IMG/VR virus record: IMGVR_UViG_3300017780_003691
Location: 1-64,000 of that record
Length of the DNA stretch: 64,000 bases
Direction: 5' to 3' (one strand)
Origin: a virus
Part shown: piece after piece, positions 47,558 to 56,907 of the stretch
Layout of the letters: each line of letters begins with the position of its first letter
Position numbering within the stretch: the first letter of the stretch is position 1
Position numbers and translations under genes: made by a program
Notes under the pieces: generated by a model
Told to the model about the DNA's origin: nothing
The model's database searches: none
The model's input: the letters and a program-made list of their open reading frames with translations, nothing else

Positions 47558-48025
47558 CTACTCCTCCGGGGGAAGAGGGAGTCCAGCCGAGTCAGCGGCA
47601 TCAAGGCGCGTGATCCGCGCGGTGATCGTCTCCTGGTCGTGAGGTTCCACCACGTCGATGTAGTAGGCTTCTCCACTCGTGACAGAGAGCACGTCGCCAC
47701 GGGTGGGCGAGATGCCAGCGGCTTCGAGTTCGGAGCGCCAGAAGACGACCTTGGGGATCACGTCGTAGCGTTCGGCGGAGTTGAGCGAGGTGCCGGCTTG
47801 ATCGCCGAGCTTCGTGCCCTTCTCGTGGATGCGAACCTCGACCACGGGCAGGCCGTGCAGGTTGCCAGACGCGGAGCCCGAGAACGACCCGCTGTTGGAG
47901 TCATGCTCGGGTGATCCGCCGACGAGGTAGACGGCGCGGACTTTCATCGTCTGGTGGACCGTAGACCGGGCCGCCCGTTTGATGTCGCGCCATCCCATCC
48001 TAGTCTTCCTTCTTGGCTGCACCAT
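47558..48025 (-). CDS. head-tail adaptor protein (lambda FII-position)
   Basis: Syntenic position; contains EHDSNSG motif. Confidence 0.4.
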   Translation of the reverse strand: MVQPRRKTRMGWRDIKRAARSTVHQTMKVRAVYLVGGSPEHDSNSGSFSGSASGNLHGLPVVEVRIHEKGTKLGDQAGTSLNSAERYDVIPKVVFWRSELEAAGISPTRGDVLSVTSGEAYYIDVVEPHDQETITARITRLDAADSAGLPLPPEE

Positions 48026-48389
48026 TGAGGCCGGCGCCGAGGTCTTCGAGCGGCCGACGGCGGCGAGGAGCGGCGGCCGGCTTTGCGGCTTCAGCTTCCT
48101 TCTTCACCTTCTCGGCGGCTTCCTTCACCGCTTTCTTTACCGCGACGCGCTGTTCGAGACCAGGGGTCACGGCTTTCAGGTTTTGGCGGCGGGTCTTGGG
48201 GTTCACGCGAGGAGCCTTCGACAGGAAGTCCTTCGCCTCTTTCGAGTTGGCCTTGGCGGCGAAGCCCTGCGAGATGAGCGACTCGGCTTCCTTCTCGACG
48301 ATGTTGGCCGTCTCGCCACCGTAGAACTTTGTCGGCTCTTTGCTGCCCACCTCGGTCGAGGTGGTGCCGACGAACAGAACGATTTGCAT
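48000..48389 (-). CDS. head-associated protein with Lys/Ala-rich C-terminus (lambda FI-position)
   Basis: ATG 48389 with GAGGGA RBS; syntenic position after major capsid gene. Confidence 0.4.
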   Translation of the reverse strand: MQIVLFVGTTSTEVGSKEPTKFYGGETANIVEKEAESLISQGFAAKANSKEAKDFLSKAPRVNPKTRRQNLKAVTPGLEQRVAVKKAVKEAAEKVKKEAEAAKPAAAPRRRRPLEDLGAGLNGAAKKED

Positions 48390-48437
48390 GTAGTTCCCTC
48401 GTGTTGTGGAGGAACGTGTGTCCCTCACTTAAAGGCA

Positions 48438-48463
48438 AAGGGCGGCAGGTTTCCCTGCCGCCC
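48438..48463 (-). terminator. rho-independent terminator/attenuator downstream of the major capsid gene
   Basis: Perfect 9-bp stem GGCGGCAGG / CCTGCCGCC; on the minus strand it is followed by CTTTGCCTTT. Confidence 0.55.
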
Positions 48464-48488
48464 CCTGTTTCGGTCCTAGCCGTCAGGC

Positions 48489-49559
48489 TTAGGAGTTGGA
48501 GTCTTCCTCGACCACGCGGGCGTGGAACGAGCGGTTCGGGAACGGCGAGATCGCGAGCGGCGCCGACTGGGTCATGATGTTCATGGCCGACGGGTCTTGC
48601 TCGATCCACATCTTCGTGAACACCGGCTGAGCGAGCAGTTGCTCGATCTCCAGGATCGCGCCGTAGGCCGACACGCCGCCGTAGTCGGCGGAGGTGATGA
48701 CCAGGTCACGCGGGTTCATGATGTCCACGTGGTTGCCGCTGTTGTCCTCGTAGAAGTCTTCGTAGAGGACGAACGTGAGGCCCGGCACTTGGCCGACCAC
48801 GGTCCACGGAGCGTCCGGAGTACGCGCCTGGATCATGGAGCGGGCGATGGAGTTGCCTTCGCCGCCGCGCATGTTCACGTCCATGAGTTCGAGCAGCTTC
48901 GTGTTCGAGCGCATGACACGCCAGACTTCGCGGCCCAGCGTGACGACCGAGCCACGGCCGCCGAAGTCGGCGTTCGCCATCGCGTCGGTGTATTCCTGGA
49001 GCTTCGCCACGATGTCCGTGTTGGAGTCCCAGAAGCCGGTCGTGAGGATGTCGGTCAGCGCAGTGTCGCGGCCGTAGTCAACCTCGACGGTCGGGCCGTC
49101 CTGATACTCGACGAGCACCTTGCCGTAGGTCACGGCTTGGAACGCCATGATCTCCATGCGCCGCTCGATGATCTTGCGGTGATGTTCGAGGATCGCGGCG
49201 ATCTCCGCGTCGCGGTTCTGAGCCGGCGAGCGCGGGGAGTCGTCGAAGAGGTTGCCGGGGCGGCGGGTGAACTGCTCGCCAGGGATCACCGGGTCTTTCA
49301 GCTTGATGTAGGCAGGGCTGAAGGACGCGGCCGTCGAGCCACGGCGCCGGTAGGACGGACGGCCGGGGTTCTGCGGCAGGGAGAAGGTCGCAACCTCGCG
49401 GTTGCCGACGATCTTCTCCCAGATGATCGCTTGCTTGTCCGACTGGAAGATGTTGGACGTGAAGCCGCCGAGATTCCGCCAGTAGTTGGTGACGGTTTCG
49501 AGGCGCTGGTCGCGGAATACGCCCAGCAGCGCGCGGGGTGAGAGAACTTCGGTGGACAT
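48489..49559 (-). CDS. major capsid protein, lambda gpE-like
   Basis: Size (356 aa) and position after decoration and protease-scaffold genes; ends with ...VVEEDSNS. Confidence 0.8.
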   Translation of the reverse strand: MSTEVLSPRALLGVFRDQRLETVTNYWRNLGGFTSNIFQSDKQAIIWEKIVGNREVATFSLPQNPGRPSYRRRGSTAASFSPAYIKLKDPVIPGEQFTRRPGNLFDDSPRSPAQNRDAEIAAILEHHRKIIERRMEIMAFQAVTYGKVLVEYQDGPTVEVDYGRDTALTDILTTGFWDSNTDIVAKLQEYTDAMANADFGGRGSVVTLGREVWRVMRSNTKLLELMDVNMRGGEGNSIARSMIQARTPDAPWTVVGQVPGLTFVLYEDFYEDNSGNHVDIMNPRDLVITSADYGGVSAYGAILEIEQLLAQPVFTKMWIEQDPSAMNIMTQSAPLAISPFPNRSFHARVVEEDSNS

Positions 49560-49603
49560 TGGGGCGGCCCTTTCTGTACGTGGCTGCTGGTCTTGGTTGA
49601 GGG

Positions 49604-50056
49604 TTATTCGCTCGGCGTGCCGGGCGTGGCGGTGCGGATTTGATCGACGCCGAGGGGCGTGCGGTCAAGAGCGCGGCGAAGCAGGGCCAGCGACCACGAG
49701 GCATCCTTGGCGATGACATCGTAGTTGAAGACGCCGTCCTTGTAGAAGGACACGTCCGTCACGTCGGCGCCGACTTCCGAGTTGGAGTCGCTGCCGCCGC
49801 TGTTCGAGTCATCGACCACGACCGCAGCCGAGGTGACGCCGACCGGCTCTTGCGAACCATCGGTCGCCGTCTGGACGGACGGGACGATGAGGCCCGTGCC
49901 GGTGACGCGGCCGACGAGCGTGTTGACGGGGATGTCAACAGTCGTCTTGCCGTATTCGACCAGGGTCGGGGCCTTGAACCACAGAGCGTTCGTCTGCGTG
50001 AAGGTGTCCGTGCTCTGTGCAGGGACGCCGGGCATGTTGGAGGTGAGGGCGGTCAT
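49604..50056 (-). CDS. head decoration protein, lambda gpD-like
   Basis: 150-aa protein between protease/scaffold and major capsid genes; contains a DDSNSGGSDSNSE insertion. Confidence 0.6.
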   Translation of the reverse strand: MTALTSNMPGVPAQSTDTFTQTNALWFKAPTLVEYGKTTVDIPVNTLVGRVTGTGLIVPSVQTATDGSQEPVGVTSAAVVVDDSNSGGSDSNSEVGADVTDVSFYKDGVFNYDVIAKDASWSLALLRRALDRTPLGVDQIRTATPGTPSE

Positions 50057-50093
50057 GGGACTTTCTCCGTGGGGGTCTCAGGGGCTCGGCGGC

Positions 50094-51419
50094 TTAGTGC
50101 TTCGCGGTTGATTTGGTCTCGCCGAAGCGAGCGGCGAGAACTCGGGATGCCGCCGCAGCATCTTTCTGCTCCTGCGTCAGCTTGTCCTGCGTCTCCGCAG
50201 CGCCAGCGCCAGGGCCTTTGTCAGCGTCGGCCATCAGCTTGTCGAACGCCGGGTTGCCGCTGTTCGTCGCGGCGGCGGGCGCCGGCGCTTCGACCTTGGC
50301 TTCGGCGGGGAGCTTCGCGAGGAAGACCTTCGCCTGATCGACGGTCATGTCCGTGTCCATGGCGCAAGCCTCGGCAGCGGCCGGGCGGGTCTTGGCTTCG
50401 TCGAGGCCCTTGATCGCAACGATGCGGGCCTTGGCTTCGGCGCGGGCCGAGGCAGCGGCATCGGCAACAGCCTTGTCGTGATCGGCTTGGGCAACGGTGT
50501 TCGCGGGGGTCGTCATTCTCGTATCTCCTGTGTCGCCCATAAGGAAGGCGGAAAATTCTGCCATGCTCTCGTCGAAAGCGCCGATGTTGTCGGCCAGTTC
50601 CCCCGTTACAGCCTCAGTTGCGGTGTAAGTCAACGCCTCAGTTGCCCTCACCTTCTTGTCGCTGATTCCACGGTTGCGAGCGACCTGCGCGCAGAACACG
50701 CCATAGGTCTCGTCGATGCGCGATTGGATGCGCTCTTTCGCACCATCCGACAGGGCCTCGTAGGGGTTGCCATCGACCTTGTGTTTACCCGCGAAGATGA
50801 AGGTGATTTCAACACCTTCGGCCTCCAGAGCCTTCGCGAAGTTGATGTGCATCGTGACCACGCCAATCGAGCCCACGCCGCCCGTGCGGGAGACCGTGAT
50901 CTTCGAGGCAGCGGAAGCGACCGCGTAGCCGGCGGAGTATGCGTGCTCATGTGCGAAAGCGCGGATCGGCTTGACCTGGCGCGCGTCGTAGATGCGGTCG
51001 CAAAGCTCGAAGCACCCCGCGACGTGGCCGCCGGGGGTGTCGCAGACGAGGGCGATGCCTTTGACCTCGGGATCGGACAGGCCGCGTTCGAGGCACTTCT
51101 GGATGTAGTAGTAGCCGGTCGCGGCGGAGCCCCACGCATACGGGAAGTTGTGGAGCAGCGCGCCCTTGACCGGGATGTGCAGGATGCCGCCTTTGACGAC
51201 ATACGGCTTCAGCGCCGACATCCAGGAGTCGGCGGCGGGCCAGAAGTCATCGTGCGCCATATGCAGACCGGATTGCGCGGCAGCCATCGCGTCGGCAAAC
51301 CGGGGGTCTGCGGCCATGGCGCGGAGGGAGGCGGTCACACGGTTCGACTGGTCAGGGGCGACGAGGATCGGATCGAAGTCACCGCCGACGAGCGTGGAGA
51401 GTGCGAGGGGGTTGCTCAT
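50094..51419 (-). CDS. prohead protease (S49/ClpP-like) fused to Ala-rich scaffold domain (lambda C/Nu3-like)
   Basis: GIALVCDTPGGHVAG...AYSAGYAVASAASKI...TGGVGSIGV serine-peptidase S49 core; Ala/Lys-rich C-terminal half. Confidence 0.85.
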   Translation of the reverse strand: MSNPLALSTLVGGDFDPILVAPDQSNRVTASLRAMAADPRFADAMAAAQSGLHMAHDDFWPAADSWMSALKPYVVKGGILHIPVKGALLHNFPYAWGSAATGYYYIQKCLERGLSDPEVKGIALVCDTPGGHVAGCFELCDRIYDARQVKPIRAFAHEHAYSAGYAVASAASKITVSRTGGVGSIGVVTMHINFAKALEAEGVEITFIFAGKHKVDGNPYEALSDGAKERIQSRIDETYGVFCAQVARNRGISDKKVRATEALTYTATEAVTGELADNIGAFDESMAEFSAFLMGDTGDTRMTTPANTVAQADHDKAVADAAASARAEAKARIVAIKGLDEAKTRPAAAEACAMDTDMTVDQAKVFLAKLPAEAKVEAPAPAAATNSGNPAFDKLMADADKGPGAGAAETQDKLTQEQKDAAAASRVLAARFGETKSTAKH

Positions 51420-53134
51420 TCGGTGACGCCTTTCTTTTTCTCTTTCTTGTCCGGATCAGTCTCGTTCGAATCACGCGCGTCGCCGCTGACGGCATTGAGC
51501 ATGTTCGGGTCTTGATCGACCGGCATCAGATCGTATTCCTTGAGAAGTTCTTTCTCGCGTTTTTTCTGCTTTAGCACGCGGCGCCAGTCGGCACCATAGG
51601 TGCGCGCAAGCTCGCGTTCCAGCGTCGAAAGGTTGTTGTTGATCTTCAGCACCGACGCCTGAGTTTCCTTCAGTTCGTCGATCTGATCGCGGCCAACGCC
51701 GAGCCATTCGCATTGCGTGTAGGCATCGCGGTTCATGCCCTCGTAGAAGTCGGGCTTGCCCTTCATGGTCTCCAGAAGGCCCTTGCCGACGGCCTCCTCG
51801 AACCACAGGCGGTAGATGTAGGTCGCGAAGCGATCCGCCACCATCCGCTTGCGCGAGGACATGGTCTTGTCGGTCTGGTTGAGCGCGGCGCGCAGCGACG
51901 AGTAGTTCGACTGCGACGTGTCGCGGCTGAGTTCTTCGTAGGACACGCCGAGGTTCGCCGCGATGTAGCGGAGCAGGGACGACTCGAACTCGGTGCCGAG
52001 CGGGCCGCCCTTGCCGGCCGGGCGCAGTTCGAGCTTCTGACCTGGGAACAGGTGCGGGATGCGAACGCCGTCGATGGACAGCGAGCGCGATCCACCAGAA
52101 TACTCGTTGACCGCGCCGAGGTAGTTCTCGGCCCACGTCACGAGGTTGTCGTCGTCACCAGTGCCCAGCGCCTCATACGCCTGGCTCGGAAGCTCGGCTT
52201 CGATGGAGGCCGCGAACGTCGCGTTGACGACCGCGTTCTGGAGGTTGATGTCGCGCCACTTCTTGGTGATCCGCATCTCTTTCAGTGCGGAGACGAGATC
52301 GGAGATGCCGCGCGTCTGGTCGATGCGCTGCTGCTCCAGGATGTGGATCACGCGCTGGCGGCCCCATGCGGTGCGGGCCGGGTAGTTCGACCACTTCGAG
52401 GCGTCGATGGGGTTGACCATCGCCACGTCCGACGGGTGAGCGTCGCGAATCCAATAGCTGATCGGAGCGCCATAGTAGTCGCGCTCGACACCGCCACGCA
52501 GACGGCCTTGCGGCTGCCCGCCATAGGGGTTCGACAGACGGTCGCTCTCGATCATCTGGATCGCGGTCTGGTACGGGCGCGCGGCCGAGGAGCGCATGTA
52601 TTCTGCGGTCGCGAGGACTTCGCCGCTGGCGAGGTAGACGCCGACGGCGAGACGCACGAGGCCGGTCAGTGTGTTGTGGCGTGAGGCATCGGGCCAGTTG
52701 TCGGGGCTCTCCGCCCACAGACCGAACTTGCTCTCGACCTCTTCCTGGAACTCCTCTTCCCACTTCTCGTCCTTGATGCCGAGAGCGAGCGCGTTCGGCT
52801 TGGCCGACAGCATGAACATCGAGCCGACAACGCCGTCACGGTGGAGGCGTTCGCCGGCTTGCACATAGGCGTCGTTCCGCAGCACGTCGCGTGCGCGGCC
52901 GGTGGCTTCATCACGTTCGTCGAGGATGTCCGCATCGGCGGAGCGCAGGGCAGGCGACCAGAGCGCCAGGTCGCGGTTCGTGCGCGACGCGCCTTCATGG
53001 GCGCCGCCGACAAGGGCGAGGTCTCGGCCCGGCCGAACGCGAGAGGGTTGCGCGTCTGACCGGGTCCGATCCTCTCCCGAGGGAGCTTCGATTCCGAGGA
53101 GGTCTTCAATGCTGCGGCGGGTCATCCCATCCAT
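51416..53134 (-). CDS. portal protein (lambda gpB-like)
   Basis: 572-aa protein between gpW-like and protease genes. Confidence 0.8.
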   Translation of the reverse strand: MDGMTRRSIEDLLGIEAPSGEDRTRSDAQPSRVRPGRDLALVGGAHEGASRTNRDLALWSPALRSADADILDERDEATGRARDVLRNDAYVQAGERLHRDGVVGSMFMLSAKPNALALGIKDEKWEEEFQEEVESKFGLWAESPDNWPDASRHNTLTGLVRLAVGVYLASGEVLATAEYMRSSAARPYQTAIQMIESDRLSNPYGGQPQGRLRGGVERDYYGAPISYWIRDAHPSDVAMVNPIDASKWSNYPARTAWGRQRVIHILEQQRIDQTRGISDLVSALKEMRITKKWRDINLQNAVVNATFAASIEAELPSQAYEALGTGDDDNLVTWAENYLGAVNEYSGGSRSLSIDGVRIPHLFPGQKLELRPAGKGGPLGTEFESSLLRYIAANLGVSYEELSRDTSQSNYSSLRAALNQTDKTMSSRKRMVADRFATYIYRLWFEEAVGKGLLETMKGKPDFYEGMNRDAYTQCEWLGVGRDQIDELKETQASVLKINNNLSTLERELARTYGADWRRVLKQKKREKELLKEYDLMPVDQDPNMLNAVSGDARDSNETDPDKKEKKKGVTE

Positions 53135-53358
53135 ACCTTGATCGGGCCAGAGCGCGTGGACACTTCGGCGAGTTGATCCGTGAGTTCCTGAATGTAGGCT
53201 TTCAGCGCGGCGCGGTTAGCCGGCGTGTATTCCACCCGTTCGCCGTTCTGATCGACCACGACGCGGGGTGCGCCCCCGACCATCAGGTTGTGATAGGCCG
53301 TCTCCGCAGCGGTCTTGCGCGCGGTGAGTGATGCGATTTGTGCGGATGTCAACGCCAT
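53122..53358 (-). CDS. head-tail joining protein gpW-like
   Basis: 78-aa protein between terminase large subunit and portal genes, as lambda W. Confidence 0.55.
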   Translation of the reverse strand: MALTSAQIASLTARKTAAETAYHNLMVGGAPRVVVDQNGERVEYTPANRAALKAYIQELTDQLAEVSTRSGPIKVWMG

Positions 53359-53422
53359 GATCTAAGCCCTCGGCATAATTCCACAGCAATAACCGCGAGT
53401 GGGCTGGAAAGCAACCGGACGG

Positions 53423-55513
53423 TCAAGTCAGGGCCTCCCCTAGCGCGGAGAGCTTGCGGCGGGCCTTTGCTTTGCTGACAAAACCCCCGGCGGCGGGCCC
53501 GGCGATCACGAGATCGTTGTGGTCCCATTCCTTGGCCCAGCCAGGGGGCGTGTCCCAATCCATCGTCTCGCCACGGATACGCGCGTCGATCTGGAGCGAC
53601 ACGACGTAGTAGAGCAAGTCGAATGCTTCGTTGCGCTTCTTGCTGGTCGACTCCCATCCTTTGGGTGTGCGGACCTCGGCGGTCAACTGCGTGTAGAGCC
53701 AATCCTCGGCCCACGTCGGGAAGTGAACCATGCCGCCGCCGGGCTCGGTCCTGCCGAGCATGGCATAGACCGTGTCCTTCTGCGTGTTCGAGTTGATGAA
53801 GCCAACGGGGATGTCTCCGCGTGCGCCGGCCTTGCGATCCTTACGCTGCGAATCGGGGTGGTGGATTTTATATCGCTGCGCGGTCTTCGACGGCTCGCCC
53901 TTGAGAAGCTGGAACCGCTTGTGGTGGCCGGCGGGATGCGTGTCGCGTAGCCAGCGCCAGAAGTTGTAGGCGTTCGTCGTGACGCCTTCCTTACCGCCCG
54001 AGTCGCAACCGACGAGCTTGATCTGCATGTGCCGGCCAGAGCCGTCAGCGAGCGGGTATGTGCGCTCGATCACCTGATCCACGATGAGGTGCCAGTCTTC
54101 CGGATACGCGGCAGGGTCGATGGGCTCGGGGTCTCCGTCCACGTCGAGGCGGAGCGACTTCCGAATCTTGAACATGTCCACGTGCCACACATCGCCACCG
54201 ACACCGAAGCCGTAGACGTGGACGACGAAGGTCGAGCGCATACCTGCCTGCACGTCGATGGTCGCCATGAGGTAGCGCACACCGTGCGGCACGACCGGCT
54301 CGCGAGCAGAGCCTCCCCAATCCTCGGCGCGTGCTTTCAGTTCCTCGGGGAGTCGCTCGGCCATGAGCGCCTTCGGGATGTAGGCTTCGCCTTGATCGAC
54401 GTTGACGGTGGACTTGAGCGACTCTTCGGAGCCGGTCTTCTCGTATTCCTCGGACGCCTTCAGGAAGTTGAAGACGAGTGTCTGCCAGGTCGCGAAGGCT
54501 GCGGCGGGCCCCTTCAACCAGAAGCTCGCGATCTCGCTTCGCATCGGCGTGCCGGTGATCCGGCCGTCCTGCTGCCAGACCATGCCGTCCCTGATCCAGC
54601 GGCCACCGAGGTTGAGCTTGTGCTTCATCGAGTGCTGGATGTGCGTCAGGCAGTGCGGGCACTCCATGGTGGCCCGCTCGGACTTGAACACGTCGTCGCC
54701 TTCCTCGGGCCAGTGGAGCAGCGAGAAGGACGGCTCGAACTTGCCGTGGCAGTCGGGGCATTCCCAGAACCAGCGGCGCCGGTCGCCACGGTTGAACAGG
54801 GACAGGATGCCCTTCGTCGGCGGGGCTTCGTGCTTGCTGCTGGAAATCCACTTCGGGTTATCGACCGTGAAGCCAGGCGAGGACTCCGCGACGGTCATGC
54901 CGAAGCGGCGGAACGTCGTCGTCCTCTTGCGCGCCAGGTCGAAGGGCGAGCCTTCGCCGTCAATGTCCTCGGGCATACGGTCGTAGTCGGTCAACCACAG
55001 GCGCGGGATCGGCTTGCCCGAGAGTTCGGAGATCGCAGGGTGGCCGAGGGTGAGCAGCATCCCGTTGCGGAACTGCGTGTCGAACACGTTCGACGCATTG
55101 CGTCCTTCGAGCAGGCGCTTCTGGAGTTCTTCCGTGTCGCGATAGAGGCGCGCGAGACGGCGCTTCGAGAAGTCGCGGGCTGCCGTGTTGGTCGGGTTGA
55201 TGATGAGGATGTCGGCAGGGTCGCAGATCGCCGAGTACGTCACCCAGTTCATGAAGGGCTCGGTCTTGGCGCACTGCGCGGGGCCTACGAAGATCGCGCC
55301 CGTGTATTCGTGGGAGGTCAGGACATCCTGAAACTCCATGTTGTAGGGCGTGAGCGAGTTGATGTACGGGCCGACGTAGTTGCCAGGGTTCTCGATCCAA
55401 CGGTACTTCTCCGCCGCCTCGGACACGCTCATCCGTTCGGGCGGGCGAACAGTCTCCGCCGCGCCGGCTACCATGTCTTCAAGGCAGAGGAACCTACTCG
55501 GCCTCATCGTCAA
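53423..55513 (-). CDS. terminase large subunit (lambda GpA-like)
   Basis: Walker A-like FVGPAQCAKTE; Cys-containing ECPDCHGKF...ECPHC segment as in GpA-family terminases. Confidence 0.8.
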   Translation of the reverse strand: MTMRPSRFLCLEDMVAGAAETVRPPERMSVSEAAEKYRWIENPGNYVGPYINSLTPYNMEFQDVLTSHEYTGAIFVGPAQCAKTEPFMNWVTYSAICDPADILIINPTNTAARDFSKRRLARLYRDTEELQKRLLEGRNASNVFDTQFRNGMLLTLGHPAISELSGKPIPRLWLTDYDRMPEDIDGEGSPFDLARKRTTTFRRFGMTVAESSPGFTVDNPKWISSSKHEAPPTKGILSLFNRGDRRRWFWECPDCHGKFEPSFSLLHWPEEGDDVFKSERATMECPHCLTHIQHSMKHKLNLGGRWIRDGMVWQQDGRITGTPMRSEIASFWLKGPAAAFATWQTLVFNFLKASEEYEKTGSEESLKSTVNVDQGEAYIPKALMAERLPEELKARAEDWGGSAREPVVPHGVRYLMATIDVQAGMRSTFVVHVYGFGVGGDVWHVDMFKIRKSLRLDVDGDPEPIDPAAYPEDWHLIVDQVIERTYPLADGSGRHMQIKLVGCDSGGKEGVTTNAYNFWRWLRDTHPAGHHKRFQLLKGEPSKTAQRYKIHHPDSQRKDRKAGARGDIPVGFINSNTQKDTVYAMLGRTEPGGGMVHFPTWAEDWLYTQLTAEVRTPKGWESTSKKRNEAFDLLYYVVSLQIDARIRGETMDWDTPPGWAKEWDHNDLVIAGPAAGGFVSKAKARRKLSALGEALT

Positions 55514-56132
55514 CCTCGATTGATGGATCAGGGCCGTGGTCGAGCGCGCTCAACGTGTTGCGGTGCTTCGGCATCTCGACCAGCGTGCGGTAGAGGTCTT
55601 CACGCAGCGCGTCGACTCTGGCGATCAGGGCGACGTATTGCTCGCGGGGCATGTTGGCCTCGCGCTCCACATCGTCGGCCCAGACCTGAGTCGTCTGCTT
55701 GACCCGCTTAAACGCCTCGGCGAGCACTTCGAGCACGCTCTCGGTCGGCCACAGTTCGCCGGCCGTCTGCTGGTACTTGAGCCGCTTGTTCTCCGCGTCC
55801 CAGAACTCTTTGCGGAGCATCGGGGGAAGCTCCGTCGGGTTCATCGTCTTGATGTAGTCGCGGATGTCGAAGCGCGGTTTGATGAGGTAGGAGAGCGCCA
55901 GCAGCGGGTCATAGAGTTCGGAGCCCGACATCTTCGCGATGGCGGGGCAGTCGCTCAACCGCTTCTTGACGGTCTTGCGATCCATGCGCGTGAAGCCCGA
56001 GAGCCATGTGAGCGAAACACCCTTGCGGAGCTTCGCCCAGTCGGTCTCGACCGTGTCGCGCTCGACATCCTCGGGCTCCGGTGTTGATCCGGGTCCGAGG
56101 ATGTCGTCCATGTTCCGACGGCGGCGCGTCAT
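55494..56132 (-). CDS. terminase small subunit
   Basis: HTH-like VSLTWLSGFTRMDRKTVKKRL; lies immediately upstream of and overlaps the large subunit gene. Confidence 0.55.
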   Translation of the reverse strand: MTRRRRNMDDILGPGSTPEPEDVERDTVETDWAKLRKGVSLTWLSGFTRMDRKTVKKRLSDCPAIAKMSGSELYDPLLALSYLIKPRFDIRDYIKTMNPTELPPMLRKEFWDAENKRLKYQQTAGELWPTESVLEVLAEAFKRVKQTTQVWADDVEREANMPREQYVALIARVDALREDLYRTLVEMPKHRNTLSALDHGPDPSIEVDDEAE

Positions 56133-56133
56133 G

Positions 56134-56907
56134 CTATTTCCAGTGTTGCTTCAGCCAAGGGGAGATCGCCTGGCGTTCGGGCTTCCAAGGTGAGTGGGGG
56201 CCGTTGCACTGGATCATACGCGCACCTTTGGGGATCGGTCCACCCGTGGGTTCGTGCTTCAGTTCGTCCACGAGGTTGCGCTGGCGCCACGAGGCGTAGT
56301 GCCAGAGGTTGCGGGGGCAGATGTCGTCGCGATAGCAGTAGAGGCCGTCCTCGCGCGTGATCTTCGTGATCTTCTTGTTGGCCTTGATCGCGAGCCACGC
56401 CTGATCGCTGCCGCCGTAGCGCAGGCCGCGACCCTTGACGTTGTTCTGCCAGAGGTTGCGGTCGAACTCGGTGTAGACCTCGGGGGCCACACCATGATCC
56501 GCGATGACGATGGAGCCGTTGACCGGCTGCGGGCCAAGCTCGACGCCAGACATGAGGAAGGGCTCGGTGCGACCGAAGATCGGACTGCAGTCGTCAACCA
56601 GCACCATGTCGAGATCGAACCACGCCCAGCGTGGCTCGGGGATGATGTCGCGGAAGGAATTGTCGAAGCACTTCAGACGGACGAGGCACTTGCCGCCTTG
56701 GTCCGCGAGATCATTCCACAGAGGCACGACCTGGTCGCCCTCGGCCTTGAACCGCTCGCGTGTCACCTTGGAGTCGGAGATCACCACGATCCTGTACGGG
56801 ATGTGCAGGTGTCGCCCGAGCATGTTCTTCATGACCCTGATGTAGTCGTCGGGGAACTTATTCCCCCAACTCCACAGGATGATCGGCAGCACGTTACTCG
56901 TAGTCAT
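56134..56907 (-). CDS. putative glycosyltransferase (GT-A-like, DLDMVLVDD DxD-type motif)
   Basis: ATG 56907; pattern PIILWSWGNKF...YRIVVISD...WFDLDMVLVDD resembles nucleotide-sugar transferases. Confidence 0.4.
   Translation of the reverse strand: MTTSNVLPIILWSWGNKFPDDYIRVMKNMLGRHLHIPYRIVVISDSKVTRERFKAEGDQVVPLWNDLADQGGKCLVRLKCFDNSFRDIIPEPRWAWFDLDMVLVDDCSPIFGRTEPFLMSGVELGPQPVNGSIVIADHGVAPEVYTEFDRNLWQNNVKGRGLRYGGSDQAWLAIKANKKITKITREDGLYCYRDDICPRNLWHYASWRQRNLVDELKHEPTGGPIPKGARMIQCNGPHSPWKPERQAISPWLKQHWK

Noticed and set aside
15695-50056. Reading DSNS as a bacterial N-glycosylation sequon (D/E-X-N-X-S/T)
   Set aside because: Residue +2 after Asn is Gly/Ala/Asp, not Ser/Thr, so the PglB-type sequon is not satisfied. 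O-linked or other modification remains possible.
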